Origin: Lepidodermella squamata
Taxonomy: Eukaryota > Animalia > Gastrotricha
Length of the DNA stretch: 64,000 bases
Direction: 5' to 3'
Assembly: GCA_047495785.1 (NCBI GenBank)
Contig: JBLDXI010000026.1
Location: 1,178,001-1,242,000 of the forward strand
Shown here: positions 11,150 through 24,400 of the stretch, in pieces
Numbering within the stretch: position 1 is the first letter of the stretch
How the letters are laid out: each line of letters opens with the position of its first letter
Made by a program: the position numbers and the translations under genes
Notes under the pieces: model-generated
Told to the model about the DNA's origin: nothing
What the model saw: only the letters and a program-made list of their open reading frames with translations
Database searches by the model: none

Positions 11150-11675
11150 ATATTTGAAACTGGATTCGTCAATGTCGATGGAGGCGTGCATCAACAACAA
11201 AGTGGCAAGAGCGATTATGGTTGTACTAACACAGGAGTACTTGATTGACTTGAGGCGGTCTAAGAACGGTCTAAGACTGCAGAGCGACCAGGGTTCGACC
11301 TACAGCCGCTGGAAAACTGCGGTTTATGGGTATCATGACTTATCTATGAAAGGTCATCGTGGCACAACCCAATTGCGATCCAGGTTGGAAATCATCGAGC
11401 CAAGAAGAAATACGCGAACGCTTCGGGGTTCGCTTGCACGACACCAATTCCAGGTACGTCCGTCAACGCCGTAGCGAAGTGCTGTTCGACGAAAACCAGA
11501 TACCGAGATCGAGCCACTACATCAACGTCTAAATGATATCCTCATACTAATATGGCGAATCCCAGAGCGCTGTCTCCACACTAGCGGAGTCATGGCCAGT
11601 CTGGCAACTCAAATTTGATATGAATTCGGAAGGAAAATGATGGCTGACCACTCGCCAGCTTGGAGGATCCGCTAA
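11150..11675 (+). pseudogene. Degenerate 3' fragment of the same LINE family as 17900-19820
   Basis: Frameshifted ERCLHTSGVMA..WQLKFD..FGRKMMADHSPAWRIR matches ERCLRSGDVMA..WQLSFDDFGRNVMQQHSPAWNIR at ~19040-19160. The 5' boundary is approximate. Confidence 0.6.
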
Positions 11676-11960
11676 CCATAAACCTATCATGAATTTCTAA
11701 TTTTTCATTTATTTCACGAAAAACTTCATTTCCATTTGGATCGCTAGTCTCCGCCGAGAATCATTTGAACTGAATTGATTGTACAGGCTCAGGACCTTTT
11801 ATGCGACATATATCGAATTTCAACGTGCGCTAAAAGAAAATCTGCCTCAGTTATCAGACAGTGATAGGTGATTCTGTCTAAGAAAATGTCTACTTAACAT
11901 GGAGGGTCGATATAGGGATGATGTATAGTTATAGTATAGGTATAGTTTCTATTTGCAAGT

Positions 11961-14900
11961 TTAGTTATTGGCCATAGTCGCCTTAATCCATGGCAAAGCA
12001 GAGCAAACGCGTGCATACACCGACGGAAAGCCGTAGCTTCCACATCGTAAGTTGCCCCACGAGACAACTCCAATAACATGGGTGCGGCCAGTAGAGCCAT
12101 TCTTGCACATCAACGGACCTCCGCTATCGCCTTGGCAGGTGCCTCGGATGCCATCTTCAGCGCATATTTGAGCAGTCGAGAGTCGGCCATACATATCGCT
12201 GCACTTTTGTCGAGGATTAATAGGTATTAATGCTTCCAGAAGAGTATTCTTCCTCGGATCTGTTATAAGATAAATGCGTCACGTTGTAATTAGTTTCTGG
12301 GAGAGAATGAATATTAACTATCTGAAACTCCCCATCCAGCCACAACAGCTTCAGTGCAGCTATCAGCCACCGCAGCATTGGCAGAGATTGTGGCGTTACA
12401 CATACCATCTGGCAAACAAATCGGCTTGATTGTTTTGGAAAATGCAACTTTCGAACGAAGCTTGATGAGAGCAAAATCCATATTCCAATTCATACTGGGA
12501 TTGTAATCTGGATGTCTGAAACCACGGATCCCAGAAATGTCCTGAGACCCTGTTTCGCTAGGCAAGTTTAAGTCGGTTCGGCCTAGACGAACAAGGAACT
12601 CATCAAAAATGCCACCGTTGGCGTCTGTCACGCAGTGAGCTGCTGTAAGAATCCATTGATCGGAAATAATAGATCCTCCACAGCGCATGGTTCGCCCAAT
12701 TAGAGTCGTGGACGTCATTTCTAAGCGAACCATCCAAGGGTGAACACCAAACGCAGCGACATCACCGCCATAGATATTTTGAACAATATTTGGACCCGCG
12801 ATACCGCATTGTGCGTTTAATGATGGGCGAGTCGTAGTACCCCGTCTTGCTGTTCTCGTGCAGTTTTGTTCATCGCTGAAGTCACCTAGTGGAATAATTG
12901 AATTTAAATTTATCAAGAAGCGAGACAACATACCACAATCATTGTCCCCATCGCACCTGAATGAATGAATTAATAGAAGACGGGACGCTTAAGTTAAGCA
13001 GGAAAACTTACAACCATGATAAGTTTATGCATTTTCGATTTGCGCACTTAAACCCATTGCATGGAGGCTTTTGGATGGATGTTTGAGATTCATTGAATTG
13101 CATGAATTCTGATAGCATTTAGTCTTACCTCAGGAGTTATTGGATAAATGCAGTTCACTTCGTCGCTACGATCACCTGTCGTAAGAATGATCTAAGAGTA
13201 AAATGTATTGTTTCTTTCAAACTGGATCCTACCGCAGTCATCGTCTCTATCGCAACTACGAATTTGTTATTATAAAAATGGGATACTTCAGTTCAGAGAG
13301 AAAACTTACACCCATGATAAGTTTATACATTTTCGGTTGGCGCAGATAAACCCATTGCATGGAGGCTTTTGGATGGATGTTAGTCATTTATTTACGCACA
13401 TTACTTCTGATTTAGTCTTTCTTACCGCAGTAGTTGTGGGATAAACGCAGTTCACTTCGTCGCTACCATCACCTGCCGATAATAATCAGGTAAAAGTAAA
13501 AATTGATTGTTGCTTTCTAACTGAATCCTACCGCAGTCATTGTCACCGTCGCAGCTGAAGCATTGAACAGAAACATATGTTAGGAAGGATGTCATCGAAT
13601 TTCAATCTGTAGGTAACTCACACATATCTTTGAACGATGCACTTTCCATTGCGGCATAAAAAGCCATTGCAACTGCTCGAAGTCTTAAAGTGGGGTGTGA
13701 CTTTTTTCATCCGGCAACCAAAAATGTGACCAAATCCGACGTGAAAATATTGATTTTCCCAAGTTTGATTCCCTCGGGCCATACCCCTTTTATTTTGACC
13801 CCTGAACCTACAGAATTTCCGGTGAAAGATTCATGGCGATCCGAGTAGTCACTTTTTTACTGTAATTTATTGAAAATATGAGAAAGCAAGTCGGCAGGTT
13901 TAGTCACATTTTTTGAAAAGGTTGGATGACTATCCAGGATGTCAGTTGTCTAGAGCGTTTCCTAAGCATAAACCCTTAGGTAACGAAAGTAACAAAAATT
14001 GCTGAATTTATTGGTTCCCCGCCTCTACAATCTGAACTACTGCATTTAAAAAGCGAACTCTGAATGAAGAAATAGCCTAGAAACTAGTGTCCAATTTACT
14101 TACTGTGGTGGTTGTGACGGGCGTGTTTCTTTGGCAGTTTCTTTCGTCGCTTAGATCACCTGGGTCAAGAGCAAACAAACTAAACCACATGAAACCGATA
14201 ACTGACTTTACCGCAGTCGTTGTCTCCATCGCAACTGGTGAATGTAATTGTTACTAAAAAATCGGAGGCTACAGTACAGTACAGGAAAACTTACACCCAA
14301 GTTACGTTTATGCATTTTAAGCTTTGGCACAAAAACCCATTGCATGGAGGCTTTTAGAGGGATTTTGAGATTTATCGACTTCCGTAAATTCTGATGTAGT
14401 TTATCTTACCGCAGTAGTTGTTGGATAAACGCAGTTCACTTCGTCGCTACCATCACCTGCCGGTAACAATCAGGTAAAAGTAAAAACGTATTTCTCATTC
14501 CAACTGAATCCTACCGCAGTCATTGTCGCCGTCACAGCTAACCATTGAATGTAATCAACCACACGTTACGATGTAATCAAAGTTGATTTTCAATTTGAAA
14601 CTCACACATATCTTTGAACGATGCACTTTCCATTGCGGCATAAAAAGCCATTGCAACTGCTCGACGTCTAAAAGTGCACGAAAACTTGATCAACAACTAG
14701 ATGACGAGGAATTTAGGGTCTACGAGATGTTGACCAATCTATTAGTTTTGAATTTCAACTTGGGATTCAAAAAACCGCTTGAAAGTACGGTGAAAATGAC
14801 TTGCTGTGGTGGTTGGGACAGTTGTTGTACTGCGGCAGTTTCGTTCGTCGCTTAGATCACCTTAGAGCAAGTAAACTTAATCTTTTCAAACCGAAAAATC

Positions 14901-15452
14901 CCTTTATACCGCAATCGTTGTCTCCATCGCAACTATGCATATAGAGGTAGATGAAAATGCATGAAACTGAGGTGTGAAAGTGATTTCTTACAAATAAGAT
15001 CTAGGGACGCATTTGCCGTTTTTGCATGCGAATTCGGTGGCTCCGCATACCTGCTCCCCATACTTTCAGTGAAGCTTAACAAGCGTTATTGTTAAGCAAC
15101 TTACCGGACTTCCTTGACAGCCAGCTTCATCGCTTCCGTCCCCTTGCATTGAGACATCGATAGAAATAAGTTTCAAAAGATGAGACGAAGGCTTCTTAAA
15201 CTTACGGCAATCGTCATCTTTGTCGCACCTTGTAAAAATTGGGATAATTTTGGCCTAGTTCACGTACTCTGAACTTACACGTAGTTTTGTGGGATGCAGC
15301 GCCCATTGTTACACGCGAACCCTCCTGCACAGCTATTCGCCTGGCTGAGCTGTAACAGATTTATCGCTGTATTCTCAGCGTTTAATTTCAATTGTACTTA
15401 CAACCGAAGGGGCACTGATTAGAAAAATCAAGAAGAGTATTTGAATTGTCAT
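11961..15452 (-). CDS. Secreted modular serine protease SP2: signal peptide, LDLa x7, S1 protease
   Basis: Tandem paralog of SP1. MTIQILFLIFLISAPSV leader, seven LDLa repeats counted from exon triplets, QN|IYGG activation site, TAAHC / MDFAL / GTCQGDSGGP intact. Confidence 0.9.
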
Positions 15453-16578
15453 TTTATTCGTAAGATGAGAAGATGGAAACTGAAACACCCACTAATTATG
15501 AACTTCTCAATAGAATATCAATTAACGTGCTCACATGACAGGATTAAAGTTCAAGTGTTAATTGAAACATATTATAAAAGAAAGAGCTACTTGACACGGC
15601 AACGCAATTTGACAAGTTTTCTATTAAAGGAATCTCCTGAAATTTACATCCATAGAGAACGCCCCCACCCTATTGTGATTGAACTGCAAGCTTAAGGCCC
15701 CCGTTTCCTATCACGGCATCAATGATAGCGTGAGGTTTGTGAACTTGGAAATGAGTGGGTAATATTTAGAAATGTCCGGAAAAATAACGTTAAAAATATT
15801 AAATAAAGATAAAAAATAACAGTTTGACCAAATTTAGCAGAAGTTGTCATTTTATGATATTGGTAGGTTTGACCAATATTTACCAACATTACCAAACTCG
15901 ACATAGATAATGAGTAACTCTTGCAGGTAATCAACGCTACAAGTTATTGAACACCATCATATGAATATGTTGCGATTTCTGAAAATTCAACACGTAAAGA
16001 CCAGGGCCTTTCGGACCAGCATTTCCCAAATTATGGAAAGGCAACTTTAGTTTTTATGTCTCTTTCCTTCTTACCTGAAACTAAGGCAAGCTATTATAGT
16101 TGAATTTGGTCAATTTATAATATGGCGAATCGGATAGGCCTTTTTCCAAAAAGTCAGTGTCCAAAAACAATCGATTTTTCGAACAATTTTAGCGCGACGG
16201 GTTTCATGTCTAACCGGGCATTTAGTTTATGAGGAAAAATAACGAAAAATTACCACTTTTCCATTTGCGTACACGTTGGCCGTCGAATTCACGTTTTTAT
16301 TTTCCAGCAAATAGCCTTCAAGCCATGCTTCATCAGATGTTTAATTGAAATTCCTAGTGATTTCAATGCACCAGGTATAAAATTTCCGATTTACACTCCA
16401 AATTTACTCGCCGTTGTAGTGCTTTTTTCAGTGAAAAATGCATTGTTGTATGAGTCAAATTCATTTCGTAGAAGCCTTAACAGCATACGTGAAGGTTCAC
16501 GCAAGCATTAGCTACGCCAAGCCAAAATTCAGGTATTGTTTTTATACAATAGTAGAAAATAAAAGATTAAATTCTACC

Positions 16579-17664
16579 ATGAAAGAGAGGCGTTCCTTCC
16601 TGCTGCACATCGTTTTCGCTTTCCAAGTAACAGCTTTCCCTATTGGGGAAATTTGAAGTCTATATTCGTTGATCTTTTTCGATTTCAAGGTTTTTCGCTC
16701 AAAGGGTATAAAATCGTCTTGCCGTCTGCCGTCTATCGAAAATGCAATTTTTACAACACAAACACGCGTGATTTTGTCTCCCGGCGATGACGTACCACTT
16801 GCAATCCCTGTTTCCATAATTTGCGACCCGAATTCAGGCACAACCCTAATTGGAAACTCTGACGCTCTGTGCTACCGAGACGATAATTGGACACCGCCAT
16901 TCGGCAGTTGTCAGAAAAACGCCACAATGATTCTAGCGGTAGATAATATAAATTAAAAAACACTTTCTCATGATTTTCTTCAGGCTTCAACTGAGGCGCC
17001 TAAACGCTTTCCATGCGACGATTTCATTCCAACATTCGTCTGCTCAAACAAGCACTGCATTCCCGCACTTCTTCGGTAATCGAATATTCTCAAAATCTAT
17101 TCATTAAATATCTGTCATTTATAGATGTAATGGCATTAATGAATGCGGTAAAAATTATTTTGTGAAATTGTGGCGAATTTACTCTCCTTTATAGATGATG
17201 GAAGTGACGAGGTGAATTGTGGCTCTGCTTCGTCCAATGTATGTTTCAACACGGAAGGAAGTTGAATGGCCTAAATTATTCTTCAAAGGCTTGTAGTGAC
17301 GACGAATTCCCGTGCAAAGCAAGCAACGATTGCTTCCCGCGAATGTTCATGTCCGTTTTAAATTCGATCAAACTTCCCGAAATTATTCTGAACATTATAT
17401 TTTGCAGATGCGATAAAGACGTGGACTGTCCTGATGGCAGTGACGAAGTTGGATGCCTGAACACAAAACTAGTGAGAACTAAGCCCAGGGCGAAATACTG
17501 TAAAGAAAAATGGAATTTTTCCCCAGCCAACAGCCCGTCCTCCGAATTGCGATGGATTTCGCTGCGACAATGGCAACTGCATCGATAAAAACTACATTTG
17601 TGATACTGATAACGACTGTGGTGATCACTCCGACGAAGTCAACTGCCGATACGTTACGAAGTGA
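16579..17664 (+). CDS. Secreted CCP-LDLa x3 protein, paralog B
   Basis: Eight GT-AG exons splice in frame: [16 protein letters not shown]|VFRSKG, sushi [17 protein letters not shown], three LDLa repeats, stop after VNCRYVTK. Head-to-head with SP2. Confidence 0.85.
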
Positions 17665-17899
17665 ACGTTCATTAAATTGCGGAATTAAATAACAATCATA
17701 GATAAATAAATACAGTAGATCTGACACGCTAGTACATTTATGTGTGCCGAGATGACTCATCACGATTTTTTGCTTATTGGGTCGCATGCCCGAAGAAATC
17801 ACTTGATGAGGGTAATAATCTGTGTACGTCAAAAAGAGAGCAGCTATCAAATGAAAATGGCGGCCAAACTTGAAATTGAAAACTCTCAAATAGCGTCAT

Positions 17900-19820
17900 C
17901 CCGAGAAACGAAAAGACTTCATGATTCGACCTGCAGTTCGTATGTCAAAACCGCGCTGAATGCTATTCACCATGGAGATTGCTGAGTTGATCGGCGAAGA
18001 GAACAGGAGAGACTGCATCCGCTGCCTGAAGGCGATGGCGGAAAACTTTAGCAACAACAACCCGCGACCCGCCTGGGCAGCGGCCTCTAAGCTCCTTAGC
18101 AAGAAACGACGGAAACGCAACGTTGTAAGTCTAAAGACGGCAAGCGGCAAGGCGGTGACGGGCAGTAAGGCAAAAGCCGATCTGCTCGGGAAAACGTTCG
18201 CCAAAGTGGTTGCGGCACCGGCAACAACCTCAGATGCCGCTGCAGACCGCGACTTCTGGGAGAAGGTTGACGATGAGGTTGAAGGAAATCCTGCTACCAA
18301 GCCGGTGAGTGTACCCGAAAAATATCAGGTTCGACTGCCGAAATCTTCGTTAAAACGTCTACTAAAGAAGCCGAAAACTTCAAAGCGCCACAACAATGTG
18401 TCTAACGTGCTGTTGAAAAACGGCGGCCGGAGGAAGCTGATTTCCTGCGCGGTCGTTGTTTCAAATTGAAGGTGGAGGGCGAGCTCAGCGACGAACACTC
18501 AATACACTGTGGCGTCCCTCAAGGCTCGCCTCTGAGTCCTTTGCTCTTCATTTTTTAAACAGCCGACATGCAGCCCGTGAAGTTAAACCCGACGACGGTG
18601 ATTTTTGGCTTTTATAATTCTCTACCTTCGATCCATCTCAGGTTAGGTCCACGAAAGATTAAGCAGGTACAACAGCTCAAATACCTTGGTCTTCACGTAA
18701 CCCCGCGCCTCAGTTGGGACAACCAATTGTCAGCAATTTCGGCAAAAAACCAGGCCGAGAGCTGGCATGCTAAGGGGCATTAAGGCTTGGGAAGTCTTAC
18801 CACCCAAGCTCGGAATCATGTTCCACAATGCGCTATCTCAAAGCGTGATGACTTACAGCTCGCTGACATGGTCTTGCCTCCCTAAGTCTTCACGTGACCG
18901 GTTGTTTGAGATGCAAGCCAATAGCTTTTGCGCAGCCCTTGACCTACCTTACGACGCCGACTCGTTTGGGGCGGCACTTTACCTGTCGGGTGTCAAGTCA
19001 ATCGAAGACGTCTTCCACGATCGGCTTATTAGTTATGGGGAAAGGTGTCTCCGTTCAGGTGACGTGATGGCTGATTACTTGAGATACGTCTGGCAGCTGA
19101 GCTTTGACGACTTCGGCCGAAATGTCATGCAGCAGCATTCGCCAGCTTGGAACATTCGTCACTTAGCTCAGGTAAAAACAACGCCTTGCACAACCACCTT
19201 GCGAAACTGGGTAGAATTCACGCGGATGAGGTTTGCGAAAATACTCTGACTTAATCCGTGGTTCTGTCGTTTTTTACACAGGGAAGCTGGTAACAATCGT
19301 GAGAATTTGATATACCTAACTTGCTTGCTTTCTTCTGTTTCACAGGTTTTTCCACAGGTTGTTTTGTACTCTTTCTCTTAGACAGATCCTAGGAAGCCTT
19401 TGGGTGTCTCTGAATCACTGAGATTTGAGCCTTGAGCCTTGAGCCTCGGAGCCTCGGAGCCTTGTAAGCCTTGGGATCCCTGGGAGTTTTGTGGGCCTGT
19501 GGTGGCCCTTAGATTCATGGGGAACGTGAGCTTACCAAATAACTATATTAATTTTATAGTCTGTTATAGCAAAGGCCTTGGTCGCCCTCTGAGCCTGTCC
19601 GAATCGCCAAACAAACTCAATTCTGACTCCGAAAACATCACATAGCTAACTTCAGACGAGTCATTCGCGGCATAATTGAAATTTTTTTTTTATCTTATTC
19701 ATCAAAAATAGAAACAATATTATTTTATATTATCTACCGATCTGTGCACTGTCAATTTTATCATGTTTTATGTGACTCCGGACCGAGAGCACCTTCGGGT
19801 GGATGGTGGTTAAATAATAA
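17900..19820 (+). mobile_element. Internally deleted non-LTR retrotransposon (LINE) with RT remnants and 3' UTR
   Basis: RT motif GVPQGSPLSPLLF followed by a stop, IKQVQQLKYLG..RLSW, frameshifts, no YADD box. The 3' region has short gagcct repeats, a CACC-TTCG-GGTG hairpin and an A-rich end. Boundaries are approximate. Confidence 0.8.
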
Positions 19821-20019
19821 ATCTAAAGTTTTGCCAAAGCGCTTTACAGTGAAAAATAATGCATTGATGCTAGTATGAGTCAAATCCACATTTATGAACC
19901 TTACAGCATACGTGAAGGTTCATAGGAGCATTAGCTACGCCAAGCCAAGAAAATTGCTGCTCTGTCTATTCATGGTATTTTTTTACAATAGAACAAAAAA
20001 TAAAGCATTAAATTCTACC

Positions 20020-21138
20020 ATGAAAGAGAGGCGTTCCTTCCTGCTGCACGTCTTTTTCGCTTTCCAGGTAACAGCTTTCTCTATTAGGGAAATTTGAAGT
20101 CTAAATTCGATGAATTTGTCGATTTCAAGGTTCTTCGCTCAAATGGTATAAAATCGTCTTGCCGTCTGCCGTCTATCGAAAATGCAATTTTTACAACACA
20201 AACACGCGTGATTTTGTCTCCCGGCGATGACGTACCACTTGCAATCCCTGTTTCCATAATTTGCGACCCGAATTCAGGCACAACCCTAATTGGAAACTCT
20301 GACGCTCTGTGCTACCGAGACGATATTTGGATACCGCCATTCGGCAGTTGTCAGAAAAACGCCACAATGATTCTAGCGGTAGATAATATAAATTTAGCAA
20401 CATTATCTCATTATTTTCATCAGGCTTCAACAACTGAGGCGCCTAATCGTTCGCCTAAACGCCTAAAATGCGAATTTTTTATTTCAACATTCATGACTTC
20501 AACATTCGTCTGTTCTAACAATAAAGGCTGCATTCTCGCGGCTGATCGGTAAACAAATATTCGCAAAATCTATTCATTTTTATCTGTCATTTAGATGTGA
20601 TGGCCATGATCATTGCGGTAAACATTATTTTGCGAAATTGTAGCGAATTTTCTCTCATGTATAGGTGATGGAAGTGATGAGGTGAATTGCGGCTCTGTCT
20701 CGTCCAACGTATGTTTCAACATGGAGTGAATATGCTGAATGGCTTAAATTATTCTTCTAAGGCTTGTACTGACGACAATTTCCCGTGCAAAGCAAGCAAC
20801 GATTGCATATCACGAATGTTCATGTCCGTTCCAAATTCCTGATCAAACTTGCCGAAAAATTACTCTGATATTTTGCAGATGCGATAAGGACGCGGACTGT
20901 CCTGATGGCAGTGACGAAGTTGGATGCCTGAACACAAAACTAGTGAGAACTAAGCCCAGGGCGAAATGCTGTAAACAAAAATTGAATTTTCCCACAGCCA
21001 ACAGCCCGTCCTCCGAATTGCGATGGATTTCGCTGCGCCAATGGCAACTGCATCGATAAAAACTACATTTGTGATACTGATAACGACTGTGGTGATCACT
21101 CCGACGAAGTGGACTGCCGATACGATGATATGAAGTGA
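20020..21138 (+). CDS. Secreted CCP-LDLa x3 protein, paralog C (recent tandem duplicate of B)
   Basis: Same exon structure as paralog B; CCP exon nearly identical, first LDLa diverged; stop after VDCRYDDMK. Confidence 0.85.
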
Positions 21139-21440
21139 ACGTTCATTAAATAACAATTGATGAATTAACTGACAATTTTGAATGAAATTAATTTGACCCT
21201 ATAATAAATGCTTAAAGAAGCACTCTTTATTACGCGCACGTGCCCTATATTTCTCGAGCGATGAGTCAACGGCCACAAGTCCAGCAATAAAAAAAATCAA
21301 ATGAATAATAATAATCTGCACTTATCAACACTTCCAACAACTGATGCTAAAAATCGCACTCGGGCAATAAAAGGCTGTCTATTGGCCCTTTTTATTGCTT
21401 CATTGCCATCATACATCAAGCAACAATTTTATAATTCGAC

Positions 21441-24400
21441 ATGCCTATTGTCAAACCAGTGTCTGTCTTACGGCGTCTGCTAACTGGCGTCTTCGGAAAT
21501 TTGCAGCCTGAACGGCGCAGTCATAGTGGCGGCGCCGTAATTTCAGAATGTTCTGACGTCATCGAAACGTGCTACACCGATCGATGGACGTTTTACCTGA
21601 TTTTCTGCAACCTCGCCATCGTCCTCGGCACGTCACTCATGGCTGGTTACAATTTTCGAGTAACAGCATCGCCCGAGCTGAGGACCGTCCTGGTACCGCT
21701 GCCGAAGATGAATTATTCGATTTTGAAATCAAATAACAGATCGATTGGCTTTGAAGTCAACGACATTTTAGCGGCCAATTTGCATTCGGCGAAATTCCAG
21801 GCCAGGCGGAAATTGCTGAAAGAAGCCGAAGCCATGCACGATTTAATGATTTTAGTCCTGTTTTTGGCGAAATTGATCGGCATGTTCTGGTTTTCGGCGG
21901 CTATTGCTGATAAATTCGGAAGGTATATCTAAGTCATATAACAAATAATATACGCCAAAAATAAGAGTTTAAGTAATTCGTATTCATTAAGGAGGAGTTT
22001 TTAATGATTTGGTTAAATTTAAAAGGTCAAATTTTTTCTAATTTATCTAGGGTTCAATTTGGACGATTCGTCTCCCCTAACTTGCGCTTTACTAAGGAGG
22101 CTAAAAATTCTTTTAAAATGCCCAGAAAGACTAGCTATCCAGAAATAACAAATACGAGGAATTATGAAGTTTACGAAGAAATTAAAATAGAGCGCCAAGC
22201 ATAAGATTTTTTGGCGTTTCGGCGACACTTACGCTACTGGGATGACCTAATTTATCAACATAATTTACATTTAAAAAATCGAGGTAAATCTCCAACAAAT
22301 TTGAAATTCGAACTTCGATCGGAATAGGCCGCCCATGTGATCCGAGATTTTTTTAATTTTTTAATTTTTCAGTTTTATTGCTTGAAATACTTTTTAGCGC
22401 CTTTACGGTCCGGGAAAATCTTTCATTATTTTATGTTTCTATTCCCAGACGTAAAACTCTGCTGATATGCGCGATTTTGGGCTTTATCGGCAGTGTAGCT
22501 CATTTTATCATTTACGAGGCTTCGAAAAAATGCGCCGGCGAGCGCAGTCTCGGCAGTTACCAATGCGTTGTCATTCCACACCTTCTGCGATGCGCTTTGA
22601 TGGGCTTCCAAACCGGCATTGCCCTCGTCGTAGCGCCAGCTTTCCTCCTCGAATTAGCCCCGCCAAAACTCCGCGGCGCCTGTGCAGCGTTTCATGAACT
22701 GTTCTTCATCATTGGCAGTACAACTTCGCTGTTTATCGACAATTTTTCGCCACCAGACTGGGGCGAACAAATTCGAACTAGTAAATTTCGTTTTTTTTTC
22801 ACGAAATTCCGCTAAATTTTATTTTTCAGTTTTCTCAATCGCTGTTTATGTTGTTCAAATTTTCATGCTGGCATTCGCGTGTGAAAGTCCTCGTTGGCTG
22901 TACAAAAATGTCTCGAAAGATAAAGCAGAGCAAGGTTGATTTTGTTTTGAAAAAAATCCATTAAATACATTTTTGAAATTAAATTTTAGTTTTGATCGCA
23001 TTGCGTGGGGTCGACAAAGTTCTCCTCGACAGTGAACTGTACGAATTTGGGTCATTTGAGTGTAGGCTGTCTCGTCGTCGATTTTGCTGGCTCGTTCTCA
23101 TCGGTGGTCTATTGAACGTTGTGTACACGCTAACCGGTCGCGAGCTGATTGATCTCTACGGCACGAGCACATTGCGCCATACTTCGGACCTGAAGCTGCT
23201 CACCTACGGCTATCTACTTGTGGCTTACATGGCTGTTATTATTTGCATCATCCTCGTCGACAGGGCTGGCCGTCGGCAACTTGTTTGGAGCGGTCTGTTC
23301 GGCATGATTTTCTCCCTGGTCAGTATTGCAGTCTACGGTGCCTTGAGACCAGTAAATTTTAAAAGATTAATTTTCAAAATATCCAAAATTTCTATGAAAT
23401 AGGGTAACACGCAGCTTATGTCATCGATTCTGTCAATCGTGTTCATCGCTTCTTTCATGATCGGACCGGGCACGATTTCGAGTTTCATGCCGGCGGAATT
23501 TTTCGGCCAAAGTCAGCGACTGAGTGGCCTCAGTTACTCGCAATCGCTCGGCTTTTTGCTGTATCTCATCTGGCGTATTGTTGCCAAGTTCAGCTACTTG
23601 ACAATTATTGTAAGTTCTGCAACTTGAATAATATGGAAAAATCTTCCGTACTCCTGAATTTTTCGCAATTTTTTAGTTTGAATAGTTTGTTTATCCATGA
23701 TTGCTTTGTTTATCCAAGGGTTTAGGATTAGGAGTCAGGGTTAGGGCTGGTCCAGGGTTCAGGGTTCGGGTTAGGATTAGGTTCAGGGTTTGGTCCAGGG
23801 TTCAGGGTTAGGTTTAGGGCCTGGCTAAGGTTCAGGGTTCAGGTTAGGGTTAGGTTTAGGTTTAGGGCCTGGTTAGGGTCCAGGGTTCATTGTTCATTAT
23901 TCATTGTTCGGTGTTCAGGGTTCAGGGTTCAAGGTTTAGAGTTCAGGTTAGGGTTAGGGTTAGGGTTAGGGTTGAGTCGGGTCGATTTTCGGGGTTTTCA
24001 AAGTTCAATTCAAGTGTTAGGGCCCTTGCTCTCAACTATTTTCAAGCTGAAAAGTTTGACGGCGTTATCGGTTATCGGAACCATTTTTTGCATTGTATAA
24101 ACAGAAAACTAGTCATCTGCATGGCATCTCCTTAATGTTTCCAGCTCATTAAATGTGTAAGATGTATGCTCATTTTACCGGATATTTGATTTTTTTCAGA
24201 ATCAATACCCGTTCCTGCTGTCCGTGATTTTCGCCGCAATTTGCGTTTTCATCGTCCTCGCCTTGCACCCGTTTCTACCCGAAACCAGCGGCGGGTGCCT
24301 GGAGAGCGTTTCAGCTGAATTGGCAGTTCGAAAACGCCTGACCTATGAACCCTGGCCTGACTTCAACGGCCGGTGTTGCCGCCGGAGACCAAGAGACGAC

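Noticed and set aside
23890-24135. ORF with RVRVRV repeats
   Set aside because: Translation of the telomere-like tract within a transporter intron.
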